64,000 bases of DNA from Eledone cirrhosa (GCA_964016885.1 OZ024741.1:344286001-344350000); one strand, 5' to 3'; numbered from the stretch's first letter, positions 12,884-30,004 are shown. Notes: generated by a model not told the origin, from the letters alone. Numbers and translations: made by a program.

Positions 12884-13760
12884 TACCTATAGGGGCCTAC
12901 ATCTTACGACCGATTTTCATGAAACTTTGCAGGCTAATAGATTAGTCATCGGGGAGTGTTTTCTATATATCAGCGTATCGTTTTTTTATTCCGGGGTCAT
13001 TCTGCAGGTATAAATCGATAGGGGTCACCTTTTTTTAGGTATAGAAAAATAAGGTTTTTGGCTCTAGCTCCCACATTTTGCAACCGATTTCGTTCAAATT
13101 TTAAAGCAAAATAGAATGTATCATTGCACATCGTTTAATGGTTTTATATTTTTTATTTGTTGTTCAGAGACGGCGTGGCAGCCGCTTAAATATTCAAAAA
13201 TACCACTTTTAGATTCAAATTTCCACTTTTTCAGCTCTAGCCCCCACATTAACCAACCTACTTTGTTCAAATTTTACACTACGCTAGATCTGATTATTTC
13301 ACGTCTTAAAGTGGCTTTACATTTTGGATTTTTGTTCAGGAACGGCGTGGCAGCCGCTTAAATATTCGAAAATACCACCCTTTCGCTCAAATTTCCGCCT
13401 TTTCGGCTCTAGCTCCAAAATTTTTCAACCGATTTCGTTCAAATTCCAAACTTCGGCTCCACCTCACGTAAATCAATTTATTTGGTTCAAATTTTATAAT
13501 ACGATAGAACCTATCATTACATATCTTATAGTAGCTTTACACTTTGCATTTTTTGTTCAGGGACGGCGTGGTAGCCGTTTAACACTTCAAAATACGATTT
13601 TTTCCACCTCCCACATATTCCATACGATTTCACTCAACATTTCGCCATTTGCTACACCTTACGACCGATTTTCAAGAAACTCGCAGTCGCTAACAAAAAC
13701 ACCTTCCATTGAAGTAGATATTATTTTACCTACCCAGGCAACGCTGGGTACTGCTGCTAG
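12785..13760 (+). mobile_element. Non-autonomous Helitron with internal about 172 bp tandem repeats
   Basis: A|TC start; end TACCCAG-GCAACG-CTGGGTA-CTGCTG-CTAG|T; about 3 repeat units at 13060-13590. Confidence 0.75.
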
Positions 13761-14790
13761 TATATATATATATATATATATGCGTGTGTGTGTGTGTGTG
13801 TGTGTGTGTCTGTATTTATATATATATATACATTTATATATATATGTATGTGTGCGTGTGTAATCAATCACCCATTCAACAACAAATACACATGCATATA
13901 TACATACATTTATATATTCCATTGTGATCCTGTCTCTATTCTGTACTCCTAAATTCTTTTGAAATTCCTGCTCATTCACGTTCCTTAGAAACAGTTGTCT
14001 TTGTCTTGCTCCAATGACGTTACGTGTTTCTGTCTATCTCTGCCTTCTGTCGAGTAGTATCTCCTAAGATGATACATGTGACAGATCCATGAGTCCTCTG
14101 AAGGACTATCCCACTGAGGAAGCGATATAGAATTAGATTGTACAGTGTGTGCACGGTACAACTACCGTGAAGAACACCTGCAGATCTTAGTCTGACAGTT
14201 TTTAGTATAAAAATTACTATATTCTGCGTTTAGTCGTCCCCATTAGGAATAAGGTATTAGGTACACTTTGAGGTACAGTTTTGTGCGTTTTGACGGTCAA
14301 ATCTTGTCTCCTTGTGTGCGTAATTGGAACGGGTAGCGCTATACTGGTTATCATTTTGATAGCCTTGCTACCATGTGCTATTAGAGGCACCATACTTATC
14401 CCCTAGCGCCACATAAAATTCTATGTGTAGTTGTTGTAGCTTAATTGCTATAAATTAATGTTTGTCTCCCGTCTCTTACTCCACTGGAAAGATTTTGGCT
14501 TATGTCAGAAATTGTGACTCGAGTGGAATAGCAATACCGTTTGTAGGGTATGAAACTGCCTAAGTCCACCTCAACGGCCGATGACTCTGGAGTTCTGTAT
14601 CCCTCGTTTGTATTATTATTTTTAAGAAAATTAATTTTTTCAGGTTCGCCCTGAAAAAAATGTTTCTTGTTTGTTGTCTAGGGTCCGAAACGTTAAGACC
14701 CTCTTCCTGCCTTCCTGCTATATCAAGCGTTAACCTAATATATCCGTTCCATATACTATAACGATTGTGTTGTTATTTCTGTTTACTTTT

Positions 14791-14851
<61 letters not shown>

Positions 14852-15355
14852 GTTGTTGTAGCAGATACATTGATAGATATACTGATAGATAGGCATAGAG
14901 AGGGCTAGATAGAATAGATTGATGGATATATAGATAGCGATTTAGCTAGGTAGGTAGGTAGGTAGGTAGGTAGGTAGGTATCTAGGTAGCTAGGTAGATA
15001 ACGGAATTGATGAATAATTCCCTATTTATCGAGTTTTTTAAAAAGTCTCATCTATGAGATTTGATCATAGGTTCAGAGGTTGGCTTCGACAGAGATGGCC
15101 TGGGTCTCATCAACAACAACAACAGAGACAGATAAAACTCATTCAACAAAGTCTACTTGAACAAGACGTACATGAAGAGTAGTGGAAATCACACAAAAAA
15201 ATCAATTGTACGAATAAACGTCAGCAGGAAACTCAGATAAAACAGAACAAAAATTAAAGGAGGAACAAAAACAATTACAATTAGAACGACAAAAAACACA
15301 GGTTTACACTCTTAAATTACTGAAGCTGTACATACCTCCCCCCTCTATCTCTCTC

Positions 15356-15403
<48 letters not shown>

Positions 15404-15706
15404 CAACGGCAAACGCATACAAAAGAATGAGTTTTAGGCAACTACTAACTACATTATCCCATCAGCTGTTTCTTCCTCTATGCTTTCCTTTCTTTCCTCT
15501 TTCTTCAGTAGTTTTAAAACAAATTTTTAACTGTTATATTGATGCCATGTATTTTTTAAGCTGTATTACTCTCTATTGTTTGTATTATATATTTTTCTCA
15601 TGTTCTCAATATTAGGGTATAAATATTGAGTTTTGTCATATATTACTCACTACCATGACTGAATCTTAACCATCTACTATGTCAGGATATATCATGCATC
15701 ATCTTT

Positions 15707-15761
15707 TTTTATCTGATGAGGACGTACTGTTAAACTTAACTCTGAAATATATATAATAAAA
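15707..15761 (+). ncRNA. Degenerate hammerhead (family F-like)
   Basis: TTTTAT-CTGATGA-...-GAAA-TATATA-TA-ATAAAA; weak stem II. Confidence 0.5.
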
Positions 15762-15807
15762 TATACTTGATCACAAGAATATCTATTTTGTTAATATTTT
15801 GAATTAA

Positions 15808-17460
<1,653 letters not shown>

Positions 17461-17522
17461 GATTAAATAGGCTGAACCAGATTTAGTCTTCACAATTATT
17501 ATTATTATTACTATATATATAT

Positions 17523-17713
17523 AGCGGTGGTTTAGCAGTATCGGTAGAGGATCGGACGCCATGCTTTGACGCATAGAGTTACGGCTCTTGCTATTCTGAG
17601 TTCAAATCCCGTCGAGGTTAACTTTGCCTCTCATCCTTACGGGGTCGATAAAATGAAGTACCAGTAATGTACTGCGTAATTGCTGGCCTTGTGCCAAAAG
17701 TAGAAACAATTAT
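17523..17713 (+). mobile_element. SINE family 1
   Basis: Family 1 motifs. Confidence 0.9.
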
Positions 17714-17789
17714 ACTATATATATATATAATCATGTATATGCATGTATGATATATATACCTATATCTTTTTAAATATATATATAACATT

Positions 17790-17986
17790 TTAATATAGAA
17801 ATGGCTTCGAGAAAGTAGAACTGTTTCACTGGAAGGAAATTATCAAGAAACCTTTTCCTATTGATTTCCTTCGAATGACACAGTTCTAGGCCTGTAGAAA
17901 CTATTTCTATATTTAATTTGTAGTATACTATACTGGTGAATTAAGTGCTTTACATACTGTGGTTTCCCCCGATTGAACCCGGGACT
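17790..17986. mobile_element. HHR mini-element family A (decayed palindrome)
   Basis: Similarity to 45464-45655 and 46778-46980. Confidence 0.7.
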
Positions 17987-18028
<42 letters not shown>

Positions 18029-18032
18029 CATG

Positions 18033-18098
<66 letters not shown>

Positions 18099-18143
18099 TG
18101 TGTGTATGTATATGAATACATATATAAATAAATAGACATATAT

Positions 18144-18174
<31 letters not shown>

Positions 18175-20996
18175 GATATATATATATATATATATATATG
18201 ATATATATATATATATTACATACATATATATAATATATATATATATATATATACACTTATATATGTATGTATATATGTATGTATGTTTCTATAAATATAT
18301 GTATATGAAACAAATATACACACATGGGAAGCAAATTAACATACAGAAAGTATATACTATAAAATGTACGGTGCACTAATATTCACTGGAAACCAACAAA
18401 CAAAATAAAGAGAATAAACATTTGACGTAGTGCCTTTTTAATGGAAGGAGAAGTGTGAATGTGCGAGTTAAATGTAACGAACAGACAATGTGAACACAAC
18501 AAGCATAAGTGATAAGCTATAAACTCACAGCCGCCGCAAACATGAGAAACACAGCAGAGACCCATGATCAAAAGGTCACACATACACCAACTACAAAGAG
18601 AGGAAAATATCACAGAATAACTAGATAAAAGCAGACGATACATCGAAAATTGTTACAATGCTCGGGGGGAAATATTACAGGTAACTGGAATAATAAACTG
18701 TTTCTCTTGTTGAAAAAAAATACAGAAGGAAAAAACGTTTCTGAAGGAAAAAAAATGAAACTAAATTCATAATCAATGTTAAAAATATCGAAGTACTACA
18801 AAGCTGTCTCACAGATTCAAAGGAAATGAAACACCAATCGATATAAATAGGCTGAACCAGATTTGTGATGCAGTAGTCGAAACTGTTGCCGGAAAAAGGA
18901 GGTATCTGTTGGAAAAGAAATAAACAACAACAAAATAAAAATAAAAATTATTTACCACAAATCAAACGTCTACCATCCACATATCCAAGTAGAAAAAAAA
19001 CAGCAGGTAAAATAAAAAGAAATATTTCCGGGCAGACATAGCCCCTTAGCCTTGGCTGACAGTCTGTTTAGAAGAAGGATTTTTCAGAAAGAATATTGAT
19101 TTCGAAACCGGGATAGATGGGACTCTTTAATGACCTTGGCGCTAAATTTTTTTAAGTGGCGGATGAGCTGTGGCTTGGTAGCCTGCTTCCGAGTAATGGT
19201 CGGATGAGGGTTCAGGACCTACCAACGTTACGTTTGTTCCCAATGAGAATCATATAGATGAGTATTTATGCAATTATTCATGGTCCCCTACCCTCGTAAA
19301 TAAGAATGGGAAGAGACCAGACCAGAAGATTACAACTAAAACAGAGCTAAGAAAAGAACAACTGTAATGCGAAATCCGAGCAAAAGCCCAATTAATTAGA
19401 CGGCTCAAGCTAAGCGGAAGAGAATGATATATATCAAATGAAATGTTTATTGGAAAGAAGACAAGATTATTTTACAGGAGAAAGAAATGTAATGGCGCAG
19501 TCGGGTTTGGTTTGGTTTTGACGAAGGAGAAATTCCCGAATAAATTACATTTTCTGCAAAGTATGTGGTCAGAAATGCTTTGGTGCTGTATTTTTTTTTT
19601 GGAAACCATGTGATGAAAGTGAAGCATTTACATCGTAGATTAGTCTTTTTAGCCATTAAAAGAACACAAAAACATCTGCCATGTCCACTTTATATTGGAG
19701 TTGCATTGGTAAATAGGTTGCAATGAAATTAAGTGGGGACCAGATCGCTAGGCTTGCGATGAAAACTTTGACACCACCAAATGAATGATAAAGGTGACTA
19801 TAACACCTTTTGTTTTTTGACTAATTAAACGATTTTCCATGATGTAATTGCATCAGAAATATTATTTATAATGGTAAACAACAAAGATGCTGGTCGTTAT
19901 AGTCAGCGATTTGAAACACAGACAACAGGTCTACAATCATGTATTGTTAGCCTAACTTAATTATATTATAGATCATCTGCTATTCTTCAATATCATATTC
20001 TTTTACCGTTTAGTCAAGAGAGAAAGCAGCACCTATTACGTTTTTTCGGGCCTCTGAGACTGGCTGAAGTAAAGGCCGTGGGTATTCCTAACCCAGAGGC
20101 ATGATCTGAATGGTTGCAACACTGAATGGTTTCCTGACGGTGGTGTTAAACTGAGTAAAGTGTTACATACATCTAAATACGCGAATAGTCCACGGCAGGT
20201 TTCCAAATACTAAGAACTAGAAAAAATACCGAAAAGCATCTCGTCCGACACTCTAGCGTTTTCGTCAGTCTCCACCCTCAAGTGGTAACTTATTCATCGG
20301 TCACCGGAGAATGAAAAGTAAAAGTTGTCTTCAGTGGAGTTTAAATATAAAGTGACAGAATAAACTTCACAAAGCATTTCATTTGATGCTCTAATGCTTC
20401 TGCCAATTCACAGTTTACTTTTTTCTCTAAATATTTCACATGCTATGTTTCCTCGATGCTTACAATAAGAAATAACCCAATTAAATTATGAATTGTCAAT
20501 TTTATATTTATATTGAATATTATTTGCAGTTATTTCAAAGTAATTTGAAACGTTATAATAATTAAAGTAACGTTGTGAATGTCTAAAATAAAAAAAAAAT
20601 GAACATACGCCTACACTTCTGCCATATTTTTTCCGTCTAGAAAGATAATTTACCCAATTTTCTCAACTATTATCTCCAGTGATCGATTAATATTACAATT
20701 ATTTTCTGTATTTGGGACGCTCACATTTTCAAATTATAGAATTGCACAATGTTCATGCTTTTTTCAAAGGCATGACAGAATGGAAATGATTTGAATTCGA
20801 CTCAACTGAGAATCAAAACTGAGTCGAGAACACAATACTGTTTCCCATGAGTCACTGTCTACTCTGTAATACATGTTATTTTATATGTTTAACCAGTCAA
20901 CATATCTGTGCTTATTGGAAAATTTTAAATTCTATATAGAGATCTTATATCATTTTCCATCTTTTTCTCCCCGGGCTGTGATATATAGGCCTGATA

Positions 20997-21068
<72 letters not shown>

Positions 21069-21239
21069 TTCTTTCTTTCTCCCTACGCTTTTTTAATATT
21101 GAGTTTATTAATTGTGGATTTCTTTGATCGCTTCATCGAGTCACGTGTCTTTATCTCTTTTTCACATCTCTCCCATCTATCTATCTATCTCTCCCATCTA
21201 TCTATCTGTCGATTTACCTACTTAGCTCTCTCTGTCTTG

Positions 21240-21286
<47 letters not shown>

Positions 21287-21524
21287 GGGTGGGGGGTGCG
21301 TGTGTGTGTTTGTGTGTGTGTGTGTGTGCAGCTGTATTCAATTTAACCTTGATTAAACGTGTAAGAAACGCTGAATGTATATGTACAGTTAAAATAAAAA
21401 TGAGAATGAAATACATTGATATTGCGACCGTATTGCTATACAATGAAGGGTGAACACCAAATAAGACTCCGCCATAACCTATTAACATACTAATAGGTAT
21501 AAACATCTCTTACTTTTTATATGT

Positions 21525-21835
21525 AAGGGTAAGGGTAAAGACCATGGGATTTGCACCTAGAAAGTTCCCCACCACCACCACCGGAGACACAAGTCCGGGT
21601 AAATGTGTTTGTGGAAGACCAGCAATCGCCCATGCACACCAGCCTCTCCTCTCCACGCCAATGGAAAAGCCGATACAGCTTGACACCTGTGAAGTCGCAA
21701 CTCATTTCTCCAACTGGATGAACTGGAGCAACGTGAAATAAGGTGTCTTGCTGAAGAACACAACGCATCACCTGGTCCGAGAATCAAACTCCCAACCTCC
21801 CAATTGTAAGCCCAATGCTCTAACCACTAAGCCTT
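21525..21835 (-). mobile_element. tRNA-derived SINE family 2
   Basis: Head CTTAGTGGTTAGAGCA...GAGTTTGATTCTC, then GTGTTCTTCAGCAAGACACCTTA (V/Deu-SINE-like central domain), TTTACCC tail. Confidence 0.75.
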
Positions 21836-22811
21836 ATATGTATATACTGTATAAATTCTAGTAAATTCGTTGTGAATCTGCTCATTATTTTGACTCCTGT
21901 TCTATTAACTGATCAAATAGCTTTCTAATTAGTTTATACTGACAGTAGCAACATTTATTTAGTTCAGCCATTGCATTCGATTAAACCTATTTGTAGTAGG
22001 TTAATACATTACGTGTGTTGTGTTATTGTTGCCGTTGTTCTTATTTCTGTTGTAACTGTTGCTTATTAGATATATTAATAACAAAGGGATATACAAAACT
22101 AGAAACTGTTTTATATTTCAAATTTACCATCTCATTTTTGCATAAGTTCATTCAGAACCCACACGAAACAACTTTCCATTCAATTTGACTAAGCAAATCT
22201 GCATACTAATCTCAAACACAACAAGAAGCCACAGGCTAGAAAAAAAATTAGAAATACTCTTCTAGAAGAAATATTTTCTAAATTTAATCAACAGTAGTAT
22301 ACAAAAATAATGTAACACAGATGAACAGCTAGAAACAAAACAGACAAAAAAGGTGTATTACATATATTTCGACCTTTGACCAAAATAACGCCAAATTCTG
22401 TATTAACATCCAGCTACGCTTGCGGATACTACTAAGGAACCAAAAATTACAAACATATTGGGAAAATATCCGATCATAAAAAGTAAAATATAAAAAACAC
22501 AAGCAAAATCCCTGAAAAATATAGTAAACAAGCAAGCTACATAACGTAAATTAAAGCCCTAAAGCTAATACATGTAACCAACTAAAATGCGGAGTATGCA
22601 GTTCCCTATTAGGTACCAATTTCACTTCAAATTTGGATCAGTCTTCATAATTAAAATAACAGTTCATGTTACTGATGTAATATAATATGTATCATAACAT
22701 GTAAATATTGAATATTTATATGTTCTGTAACGTTGCATCAGCACAATCATTAGGTATTACTTTGTGGGTTGTACCTCGGATATCTTTGTTCTGCATTATT
22801 GATATAACAAC

Positions 22812-23037
22812 AGGGTGGTGGATTGGCAGTATCAGTAAAGCGTCGGACACCATGCTTTGCAGCATAGAGTTACGGCGCTTTCAATCTGAGTTCAAATGCC
22901 GCCGAGGTCAACATTGCCTTTCAACCTGATGGGGTCGATAAAATAAAGTACCAGTCACGTACTGGGATCGATTTAATCAACCCCCCTCCTCCAAAAAAAA
23001 AATTGCTGGCCTTGTGCCTATATAAGAAACCATTATT
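22812..23037 (+). mobile_element. SINE family 1 (long variant); another partial copy at 23179-23284
   Basis: Family 1 motifs. Confidence 0.85.
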
Positions 23038-23663
23038 TAATGGTAAAATAAGCTTCCTGGACCTCGGCTAAAGTTGCGTCCCTTTCGGGTTTACTGAGAA
23101 AATAAGCTTAAGAAGCATGCTTGTCTATTTTGCCGGGCCCGGGTACGTAGCCTATTCCAACTTTAAACATATTCTCTTATGGGGTCGATAAAATAAAGTA
23201 CCAGTCACACACTGGGGTCGATTTGAATCGACCTCTCCGTCCCTCAAAATTTCTCGCCTTGTGCTTATAGTAGAAATGATTATTGATAGTAACAACACAA
23301 TGAGCTTTTAATGGTTTGAAAGCTCATGATAAGCTAGATCCCTCTACTTAATAATCTACCTTTATATTATAATATATAAAGGTGCTCATGAAGACTATAT
23401 TGATCAAATAGGCACGACATTCCGACAAAAGTTGACAGAACACCATCAGCTAATTAGGAATATAAACAAAAACAATCACCCTCAGTCAACGTATATATAT
23501 ATATATATACAAAAGAACAGAAGCTAAGTAGCAGCTAAGCCAACGAATGCCTTCAGCAGTGCGGCCAAGCAAGCACTCAGTGAGGTATAGACCTCAGAGT
23601 AATAACATACAGTTTAAAGGGCTTTGAAAATTGAAAATCGCGACCGCTAATTCAGCTGCGTGA

Positions 23664-23797
<134 letters not shown>

Positions 23798-23942
23798 GAG
23801 TATATGTTGGTTGTATACCAACACTTCAGTATGCAGATTGGAGCACTCGACGAAGTGCGCAAGTTGGGTTGGTTACTCCGGAGTAATGTAAAATAAAATA
23901 AAATAAATAACTCAAATGTATAAAATTTAGCTTCGTTTATTA

Positions 23943-23995
23943 CTGCTATATATATTTCGGTGACAGCCATCTTTGGCTGTGACCTCTTCAGGCAA
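23943..23995 (-). ncRNA. Canonical-core minimal hammerhead
   Basis: TTGC-CTGAAGA-GGTcACAGCCA aaga TGGCTGTcACC-GAAA-TATATA-TA-GCAG. Confidence 0.85.
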
Positions 23996-23996
23996 A

Positions 23997-24033
<37 letters not shown>

Positions 24034-24115
24034 CGTGTGTATAATGGTAGCTATGGTGCTTCCATAGGCGGTATGCCAAAATTAGCACTCAATATTCATA
24101 CAGAGCAGAGTGTGA

Positions 24116-25273
24116 ATAGTATAAAAAACGAAAAATCAGTGATGCATCTGGACTCAGTTTATTGCGTGTTACATGATCACTGTATGGATCTGGCTGATTC
24201 TACGGCTGCAGGTTCCTTCAGACACATGCAATTCGTTCGGAGCAAATTTTCTCATTGGGGTGTATTCGTCAAAAAACACCTTCAAAAAACATCTTCCACT
24301 CTTGTCATGCCATTGGCTGTTGTCTTTCTACGTCATCGTAAGTTATGGTCACTATTTACTGCTACACTGGTCATCAGCCATTTTTCGTCCGACACACTTC
24401 AATGGAGCCATGCTGGGTTTGGTATCTCACACTTCTGTTCACACTCCCGAGTATGTACCCACAAATACACACACACACATATATACACACGCGCAGCCAC
24501 ACACACATGCATGCATACACATATGTACGCATACATGTGTAGACACACATACCTCCATGCACATATATACACGCACACACTCTCCCTCTCTTACACATAC
24601 CCAGGCACACCCACATCCACATACCGACCACCACATGGCTATTGGCATTTTCCCACATCCCCTTACATCCGGTCTCACACGCACGCATACACGCACATAC
24701 GCGCAGACACACACGTACACGCACGTACATGCATACATATATATGGAGTGTGTATCTGTAAGTGGGTGTGTGTGTGCGTGCGTACGTACACCCACATAGG
24801 ACAGGGTTTGTCTATGTGTTTATATGCGGGTACATGTACTTGTGTGTAGATATATCTACAGGTGTGTGTATGTGTGTGTATGTGTGCTTATGTCTTTGGA
24901 AGTGTGTCTGTCCTTGATGCCTATCCATAGGGATATGCTTGTATGTGCATGTGTGTATCTATGTATGTGTCTGAGAGTGTTTGTGTATATATGTGCAGAT
25001 GTGCCCGAACGCCGATATGTGTTTTTGTATGCGTGTATGTGCGCGTATGCGTGCGTGTGAGACCGGATGGAAGATGTTTTTTGAAGGTGTTTATTGACGA
25101 TAACACCTCAGTGAGAAAATTTGCTCCGAACGAATTGCAGGTATCCGAAGGAACCTGCAGCCGTAGAATCAGCCAGACCCATACAGTGATCATGTCTCGA
25201 GCTACGGCCGGCGAAACAATTGTAACACGCAATAAAGTGAGTCCAGATGCATCACTGATTTTTCGTTTTTTTA

Positions 25274-25280
<7 letters not shown>
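24116..25280. mobile_element. Inverted-repeat element (arms about 24116-24298 / 25068-25280) with a decayed HHR
   Basis: Reverse-complement arms; GAAACAATTGTA-ACAC in the right arm. Confidence 0.75.
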
Positions 25281-25335
<55 letters not shown>

Positions 25336-25597
25336 ATATAGTGTTCATGGGCTCTTTTATATGCTACAATATAAACGAAGATTAATAAATAGAGGGATCT
25401 ACTTTATTGTGAGGTTTCAAGACAATTAAAAGCTCGTTGTGTTGTTTCGGCTTGTGTGTTCACCACGCCTTGATAAGGCTTGCTGAGCGCACAAACCGCT
25501 TGGCGCCGCTGTCAGGATTTTACATATCTCTGTACCCACTCCCCATGTATCGAGTATTCACATGATTAGTGGTCTACTCAATCTCAGCACCGCAGAC

Positions 25598-25630
<33 letters not shown>

Positions 25631-25906
25631 ACATATATGTAAATATATATATACATTCATATATAGGTCCCGTTAAGGGTGAAAGCAGCGATTCTTTGCT
25701 TAACACTTTAGCATTAAAACCATATCCGGCCAGAATTCTCTCACCTCTTTCTGTTTAAAGCAACCATAATTAGCCACTCATACTGATGTTAAGGGATTGT
25801 TCTCAAAATAAATAATATCAAAAACTCATAGATTCGATATTATGTAAGATATTATGTGAGGTATATATATATATAATCCTTATCGAACCCTCTTCAGATT
25901 TATTAT

Positions 25907-25971
<65 letters not shown>

Positions 25972-27043
25972 GGAGGTGAGTTTTATTGTAGTACAATAAA
26001 GCAATGCAGATATCGGATAAGAAGGACTCTACAGTTTGTAGGACTGGAGTATACATAATATATAAGATCAAAAGATGGTTAAAAGAATTCCATGTATTTT
26101 ATTATGTGCATTTCAAAAACAAATATCATCATGCAATAACATTTGTGTTTTCATCAGATAAAATAGGAAGACATGATATGAAGGTTAAAAAACACTTGTG
26201 AATAGTGCAGTTTTAAATCAACATATGAAAGGTAGTTTTAGATTGATGTGTGATATTGGGGGAAAAAAATGTTGGGGGGGGGATGAAAAAGAGGAGGAGA
26301 TGAGAGTAAAAAGTGGATGAGATAGGAGGAGAGATGGGTGATAGAGAGAGAGAGAGATAGCTTTTATAACTGAGAAAAATATATTGTTTTACATAGAGAG
26401 GTTGAAAAACCGTTGGAAGATAATATATAAATTAAAAGAATTTGAAAATTAACGAAGAGAAAAATAATGTTAATTTAAGGTTTCTATATTGAAGGGTTTA
26501 ATAATATGTGCAATGAAAAGAAATTGTTAATATGTATTAAGAATAATATTTAAGGTTTAATAATATGTACGATGGAAAGAAAATGTTGATATGTATTATT
26601 AAAAAAAGGCAATAGTAATGTAAGTAAGGATATATTGTGAAAGAAGTAGAAGATAGGATGAATAAGTTAGATGAGCATGAAAGGGAGAAAAAATAATGAA
26701 TTGAGGATGAATAATCTAACGTCAAAAAAAAATGTTTATGTTTACGAAGGATTTTTTCAAGGTGATATGAAGTAAGAATATATTGTACTGTGTAATAATT
26801 GTTTCTATGTTAGGCACAATGAGAAAAGGTACAGATTAGGGGTTAGAAATTAAAAAAAAAAGAAAAGAAAAGGAAACGGAAGAAAGGAAGTGATAAATAG
26901 GGGTGGTATAGAATGAGTAACTAGTATTATATAATGTATAATAAATAACTTTGAAATAAGGTAGAAAGATGGGTATATTTTTAAAGAAGTATATATATAT
27001 GTGCCTTTGAGAAAAGGATTTTAAATTGATAAAGTATTAGATA

Positions 27044-28228
27044 TTAGCTGTATACTTTATGGAATGTTCTGTGGAATTTATGCAAGCAGAGAGAAAACAA
27101 GTCAGTGCGTCTATTTATTATAGAATCTAAATTAGATATAATGGTAAATATTTCATTTAAACAGAGATTGCAAGTCTTGGATAGAGAACTGTTCAAGTAT
27201 AGAGAAGCAGAAGAAACCTTTTTCCAAGAGATGTTATATTTAATATTTTTGTCTTTCAAGGACCATATGAGTTCTGAGAGTGCCGTGTTGGTTCTTTTAA
27301 GTTGGTATTTAAAAGACGAATGATGATTATAAAGACGAGCTTTAAAGGAGGTGGAAGTGGAGCCAAAATAGGTGAAGGAATTGGTGTCAGTTATAACTTT
27401 ACATTCGTAGATTAAGTTTTTTTCAAGACAATGGTTGTGGAGAGGACATTTATTTTTAACAGGGCAATTGCAATTGCGATTAGAGAGATTAGCAGAGTTA
27501 TTAACGAGTGACCTAGTGTTATCTATAGAAGGAATTGGATTGGAGAAGTTATTTACGATAGGAATAATAGTTTCTTGATTTAGAATAGGATTAAGAACAT
27601 TTAGCGAAGTTGTGTTTGACGTTGTATTTGTGTTTGCAGAAATTAGCCTAGAGTTTACAATGACGTCTGGAGTACTATTACTATTATTATGATATTCAGT
27701 GTTGGAAGGAAGAGATTTAGTATTTAGTATTTTATTGTTGTGTTTAGAGATAATGTTGGAAATGTTGGAGGAGGTCGAATAGGAAAATTTTATAGTGTGT
27801 TTGTTAAATATTTTACTATAGATATGTGAGGGAGGGAAGCATTTATTTAAGGCACTAAAGAATAATTTAGGAATATTATTATTAATAGAGATGGAGAAAG
27901 GAGCATTATACCAGATTATGTTTTTGTATCTAGGTCTTTTATTAAAGTTATTGGAATGATCATGATTAATTATTTTACTGTAAGATCTTCTAGAATTTGT
28001 TTCTTTACTATATTTGATTTTATCAGGATAGCCGGCTTTAGAAAGCGCGTTATTATAGTAATTGGCGTTAGCATCAAAGATGTTTTTATTAGAAGATAGG
28101 TTTTCCAATATTACTAACTATAGCATTCTTAATATTAGTGGGGTGGTTAGATTTAAAATTAACATAATTTAGGTTCTCATTGTTTTTATGGTAAGGGTAA
28201 TATAGGCCAGTGTCAAGATGAAGAGATA
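27044..28228 (-). pseudogene. Penelope-like element: RT thumb plus GIY-YIG endonuclease (5' truncated, frameshifted)
   Basis: SNHP, WYNAPFS, KIFNKHTIKFSYS, CNCPVKNKCPL, LIYECKV..YFGST..FKAR..NH, CNLCLNE, CLH. Confidence 0.9.
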
Positions 28229-28479
28229 CATATATATATACATATATATAATTATATATATTTATGTACATATATATACATATATATGTTCATAAATATA
28301 TATAAATATACACACATACACATACATACATACATATATATATATAAACACACACATATATATTTATATATATATATATATTTATAATATATATATATAT
28401 ATATGCATATACATATACATACATATATACACATATTTATACACACATATATATACATATATATATATACATATATATA

Positions 28480-28655
28480 TATGAGAAAAACCACAGACCC
28501 TCCATCTCAACTCTACTTTTGAAAAGCAGAAGAACTGCGAAACCGGTAAAGGAACCAAAAAAATATATATATATTTTTAAAAATAAGACTCCAGTTGCAT
28601 TTTCGATTTTTCTCTCTCTCTCTATATATATATAGAAAAAAAAGATGAAATCGAA
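28480..28655 (+). mobile_element. Single arm of HHR family B (HHR at 28516-28551)
   Basis: Near identical to 8811-8970. Confidence 0.8.
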
Positions 28656-28680
28656 AATATATATATATATATATAATGAA

Positions 28681-28867
28681 ATAATTGTTTCTACTTTTGG
28701 CACAAGGCCGGCAATTACCCAGTGCACTACTGGTACTTTATTTTATCGACCCCGTAAGGATGAAAGGCAAAGTTAACCTCGGCGAGATTTGAACTCAGAA
28801 TGGCAAGAGCCGTAACTCTATGCGTCAAAGCATGGCGTCCGACCCTCTACCGATACTGCCAATCCAA
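28681..28867 (-). mobile_element. SINE family 1
   Basis: Family 1 motifs; flanked by AATGAAATAAT direct repeat. Confidence 0.9.
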
Positions 28868-28911
28868 TGAAATAATGTTGACTTCACGCTCACAATAATT
28901 TCTATACTTTC

Positions 28912-28975
<64 letters not shown>

Positions 28976-29008
28976 GTGTTTTGCAACTGGTCACTTTGTG
29001 GCTCAAAG

Positions 29009-30001
29009 AAAAATTAATAAATTAAACAATCAGAGCTATATATCATAAAACATGTCTATAGAATCACAAGATAAAATATATAATATTTCCTCTCCCAATT
29101 AGCATAATTAACTATATAAAAAATCGAATAGACCAGGCTTTAAGAATGAGGCTTCTATGAAGAAATCTCCGACAAATAACCGAAACTAGCGCTTCGCGTC
29201 GGCCGTAGCGGAATATTTATCGAATATTTCGACAGCGTAATCGCCCAGATATAGTCAACTAAACAGAATTAGGTTTAAAATAAACTAGGAGAAAATAGAA
29301 TACATTTAGATACTTCTACCATGGTTTCGTCCGTATTTTGAGTTTTCCAATAATTATGTAATAATTATATAAACTCGAGCGCCGGATTCATCAGGAAGCT
29401 CGCTCTTATCTAGACACTAAATTTTCCAAAGTGATCGCGCTAAGATTTCAAAATGGCTAAAAATCGTGACGTAGTCGCGGTCAGGTTGGAAGAGGTGTGG
29501 TAGTTGCTTACGACTGGTGGCATTTTTGCTAGAAAGCACGATTTTTAGCCATTTTGAAATGAATTCTTAGCGCGATCACTTTGGAAAATTTAGTGTCTAG
29601 ATAAGAGCGAGCTTCCTGATGAATCCAGCGCTCGAGTTTATATAATTATTACATAATTATTGGAAAACTCAAAATACGGACGAAACCATGGTAGAAGTAT
29701 CTAAATGTATTCTATTTTCTCCTAGTTTATTTTACACCTAATTCTGTTTAGTTGACTATATCTGGGCGATTACGCTGCCGAAATATTCGATAAATATTCC
29801 GCTACGGCCGACGCGAAGCGCTAGTTTCGGTTATTTGTCGGAGATTTCTTCATAGAAGCCTCATTCTTATAGCCTGGTCTATTCGATTTTTTATATAGTT
29901 AATTATGCTAATTGGGAGAGGAAATAGTATATATTTTATCTTGTGATTCTATAGACATGTTTTATGATATATAGCTCTGATTGTTTAATTTATTAATTTT
30001 T
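29009..30001. mobile_element. 1 kb hairpin element (about 460 bp arms, about 70 bp spacer) with paired HHRs
   Basis: 29009-29468 versus 29537-30001, few mismatches; within (TA)n. Confidence 0.9.
29611..29698 (+). ncRNA. Hammerhead with long stem II (mirror 29312-29399 on -)
   Basis: GCTTC-CTGATGA-aTCC..GAGTTT..AAACTC..GGAc-GAAA-CCATGG-TA-GAAGT. Confidence 0.85.
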
Positions 30002-30004
30002 ATG

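Noticed and set aside
18380-20230. More complex sequence that might hold host exons
   Set aside because: No recognisable protein motif or consistent splice and ORF pattern by eye.
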